Under the pieces are notes generated by a model. That model saw only the letters and a program-made list of their open reading frames with translations. It searched no databases and was not told where the DNA came from. Both the position numbers and the translations under genes were made by a program. Shown here piece after piece: positions 61,488 to 64,000 of a stretch of 64,000 nucleotides of DNA. Source of the stretch: Somniosus microcephalus (taxonomy: Eukaryota); NCBI GenBank assembly GCA_052327205.1, contig CM126226.1:28830001-28894000 (forward strand), given 5' to 3'. Position 1 is the stretch's first letter. Each line of letters starts with the position of its first letter.

Positions 61488-63787
61488 ATATCTACAATGT
61501 TTTGCAACACCACCATGAAACAATCCAGTCTTACTTCATTGTGGCTTGTGCTTTAAATTTTCAAAATATGCATTAAGCAATGTCTTGATTTGTAAATGGC
61601 AACAGAAATTTTACCAGACACCAAATTCCAGAAATGTGTTTGAGGTTTGACTCCTACTCCCCAAAGAAAAAGAGCAACATATATAAAAGTCTTGCATATA
61701 GCACACACTTCCTGTAACACCCAGCAACACTATTGATCTTCCCAGAGTGAGCAATGCCTTGGAAGAACCAAAATACATAGCATGCTTTTGTAATTAAGTT
61801 GTGAAATATTATTTTTAAAGTTTCATTTATAACGCATGGTTGCAGCACAAGGCTGTATAGTCAAGCATGGACAACATGGAAAATTTACAGGTTTTAATTA
61901 ACCTGATCAATGGTTTTCATATCACTGATTGTGAAAACCGCAAGCAGTAAAATGTCCCCCCTTTCACAAACATTTCAGTGAATGCTGCTATCTGATTTTT
62001 TTTCTTACTTCAACCCACATTCAAACACAAACGTTGCTATCTGTTTACAGGTTTGTGTGTACTTTGAAAAGTCAAGGCCGTTTAAACAAACGGCTGGACT
62101 TTGGGCAAAAGCCGAGAGCAGCAACGTATGTGCTTTCCCTCAGTGACGAGCTGAACTGGCCGCATGGACACACCTTGTGGCTGCCTTCCAAGCTCTCTAG
62201 TTGCTGCAATCTCGCAGCCGGCTGGCGGTGCAATGCTGTAAAATGGCGGGACACATCACAGGGATCGAACGGACCCATATAATGGTGGGAGACAGAGAAA
62301 AATAGCTTGAAACAGTGTTAGTCTAGTAAATCAATGATGTTAACGGAAAACGACCTGAGATTTATAATTAATTCCACAATTCGGTGCTAAAATGCAACGT
62401 TATTTCCCCAAAACAATCTTCGGTAGTTAAAGCTACACGATTTCCATTATTTCAAGGACATCGCTCCTAGTAGTGTTTTCATTGGGCGCAGTCATCAATT
62501 TATCTACCTTTCAGAAATTGGGTGGATCTAGCAGGGATATCACTTGATCTGCTCGTATTGCAGCACGATTTCAATGTGGTACGTCCTAATTTGTAGATTT
62601 CTCCCTACATAAATAAATAATATAAATCCAAATGGTTCTTCCCCATTTCTGAAAATGGACAGGTATTTTCGGTTTCCTACCGCTATCCGATATGAGTGAC
62701 TTGTACAACGATCTCTAAATGCGATTGTATCTGTTTTTAAATAATTTGTGGTGAGATTAGCATAGCGTTTGCCTGTGGAATGAGCTGCCTTGTTTCTTCT
62801 AGGCAAGTCTCTTGAGAGAAGTGAATGCCACACCGACATTTTTACACAATGCGGAGCCAAAAACAGTTCTTTTGTAGATGCCTGCGCCCTAGGGTTCCTC
62901 TTACTACAAACGCTGCCCCAAAACCTTTTCTAACGCAGTAAAGTAGCCCTAACAATAGACGGTTCCAATTTTGCAACAACAAAAAATTGAAAGGAAACCC
63001 TGCCCGAAGTATGGTAGAAATTATTTTCATGCTGTATTCAGGTTTCATATCAACTGTCCACACAGCCGATCCAAATTCTTAATACATCTCCGTGGTGGGG
63101 GAGGAGGAGGAAAGGATAAAAACAAAAGGACAACTGCAACAGCCCCTGTATGGTAGCAACTTAATCTGTACTGCACGGGGGAGGTTATACGAGGACTCTC
63201 CACTACTTCAAAACTATAAACGATTTTAAAAAAATACAAATGCAGAATAGACTGTTGCGATTACCCAGAAATATGATTTCGTGGCTTTGAGCCATTTAAC
63301 CTACAAGCACAACCACTGGGAGCCAATAGGTACAGCTCCAGTGTGATTACATTTGTCAACTCAATCATCACTGTCATCAGTGCAGCGTTTAATTTCCAAG
63401 CCTCCAATATTTTCTCCATTAAAACAGAAAGGCCCTGTAATATTTTACTTCAAAATAGAAACCAGTAATACCTAGTTTCAAAAAACACAATTATAATCTG
63501 TGAATTTACATACATGGTTGTGAACACATTCTTTAGTCCAAATAAAAATTATTCTGACGTGCAAGATTGGGTAAAAAACAAGTGTGGTATGCTGTTTAAC
63601 TCTGGAAAGGTTGTAAATGGAAAACATGAACTTTAAAGTATGTTCATTAAACCACCTGCAGAATCGTTTAGTATGCAAACAGCAATATTCACAGAAATTG
63701 AAATATTCACTTCTACTAATGTATAAAAATGGGCACCAGATTCACGCTTTGCATGAATTGTTGCTTAAAGAATGATAGCAGTGGACT

Positions 63788-64000
63788 AGTGTCAGCCTTG
63801 ACTCAGTGGTAGCACCCTTGCCTCTGACTCAATGTTGTGGATTCAAGTCCCACTCCGAGACTTGAGCACATAATCCAGGCTGACATTCCAGTGCAATACT
63901 GAGGGAGTGCTACACTGTTAGAAGTGCCGTCTTTCAGATGAGACGTCTGCCCTCCGAATGTAAAAGATCCCGTAGCACTATTCCAAGATCGGAGAAGTTC
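63788..64000 (+). mobile_element. DeuSINE (SacSINE1-like), cut by the window end
   Basis: Head and start of core match the copy at 61016. Confidence 0.85.

Noticed and set aside
16480-64000. Excess of retroelements oriented antisense to SPEN
   Set aside because: It appears real but is a well-known general intronic bias.
57426-64000. SPEN exon 1 and promoter
   Set aside because: No sequence encoding MVRETRHLWVGNLP was found, so it must lie beyond the window.

Overview
Vertebrate nuclear DNA, very probably from a shark, judged by its V-SINE/HE1-like, DeuSINE/SacSINE1-like, CR1, L2 and Penelope repeats. The whole window lies inside one minus-strand gene, SPEN (SHARP/MINT). Exons 2-10 and the first 3914 nt of the giant exon 11 can be placed to the base. 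Exon 1 lies beyond 64000 and the rest of exon 11 plus the SPOC exons lie before position 1. Exon lengths are 321/474/161/201/152/126/114/114/101 nt, and they splice into one frame encoding RRM1-RRM4 and the low-complexity central region. Introns, especially the 38 kb intron 3, are full of nested transposon debris. I cannot demonstrate a wholly new biological system. The best leads are RNA-level: (1) a GC-AG intron before exon 11 whose donor has an exact 16-nt complement in intron 5; (2) Penelope-derived minimal hammerhead ribozyme motifs, including a palindrome with one on each strand; (3) a ~430-bp near-perfect inverted duplication in intron 3; (4) a repeat-free intron 2 with an immediate read-through stop, poly(A) signals and a cryptic exon; (5) a SINE flanked by a perfect 138-bp duplication. 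Repeat family names and human exon sizes come from memory, not database searches, and repeat boundaries are approximate unless TIRs/TSDs are quoted.
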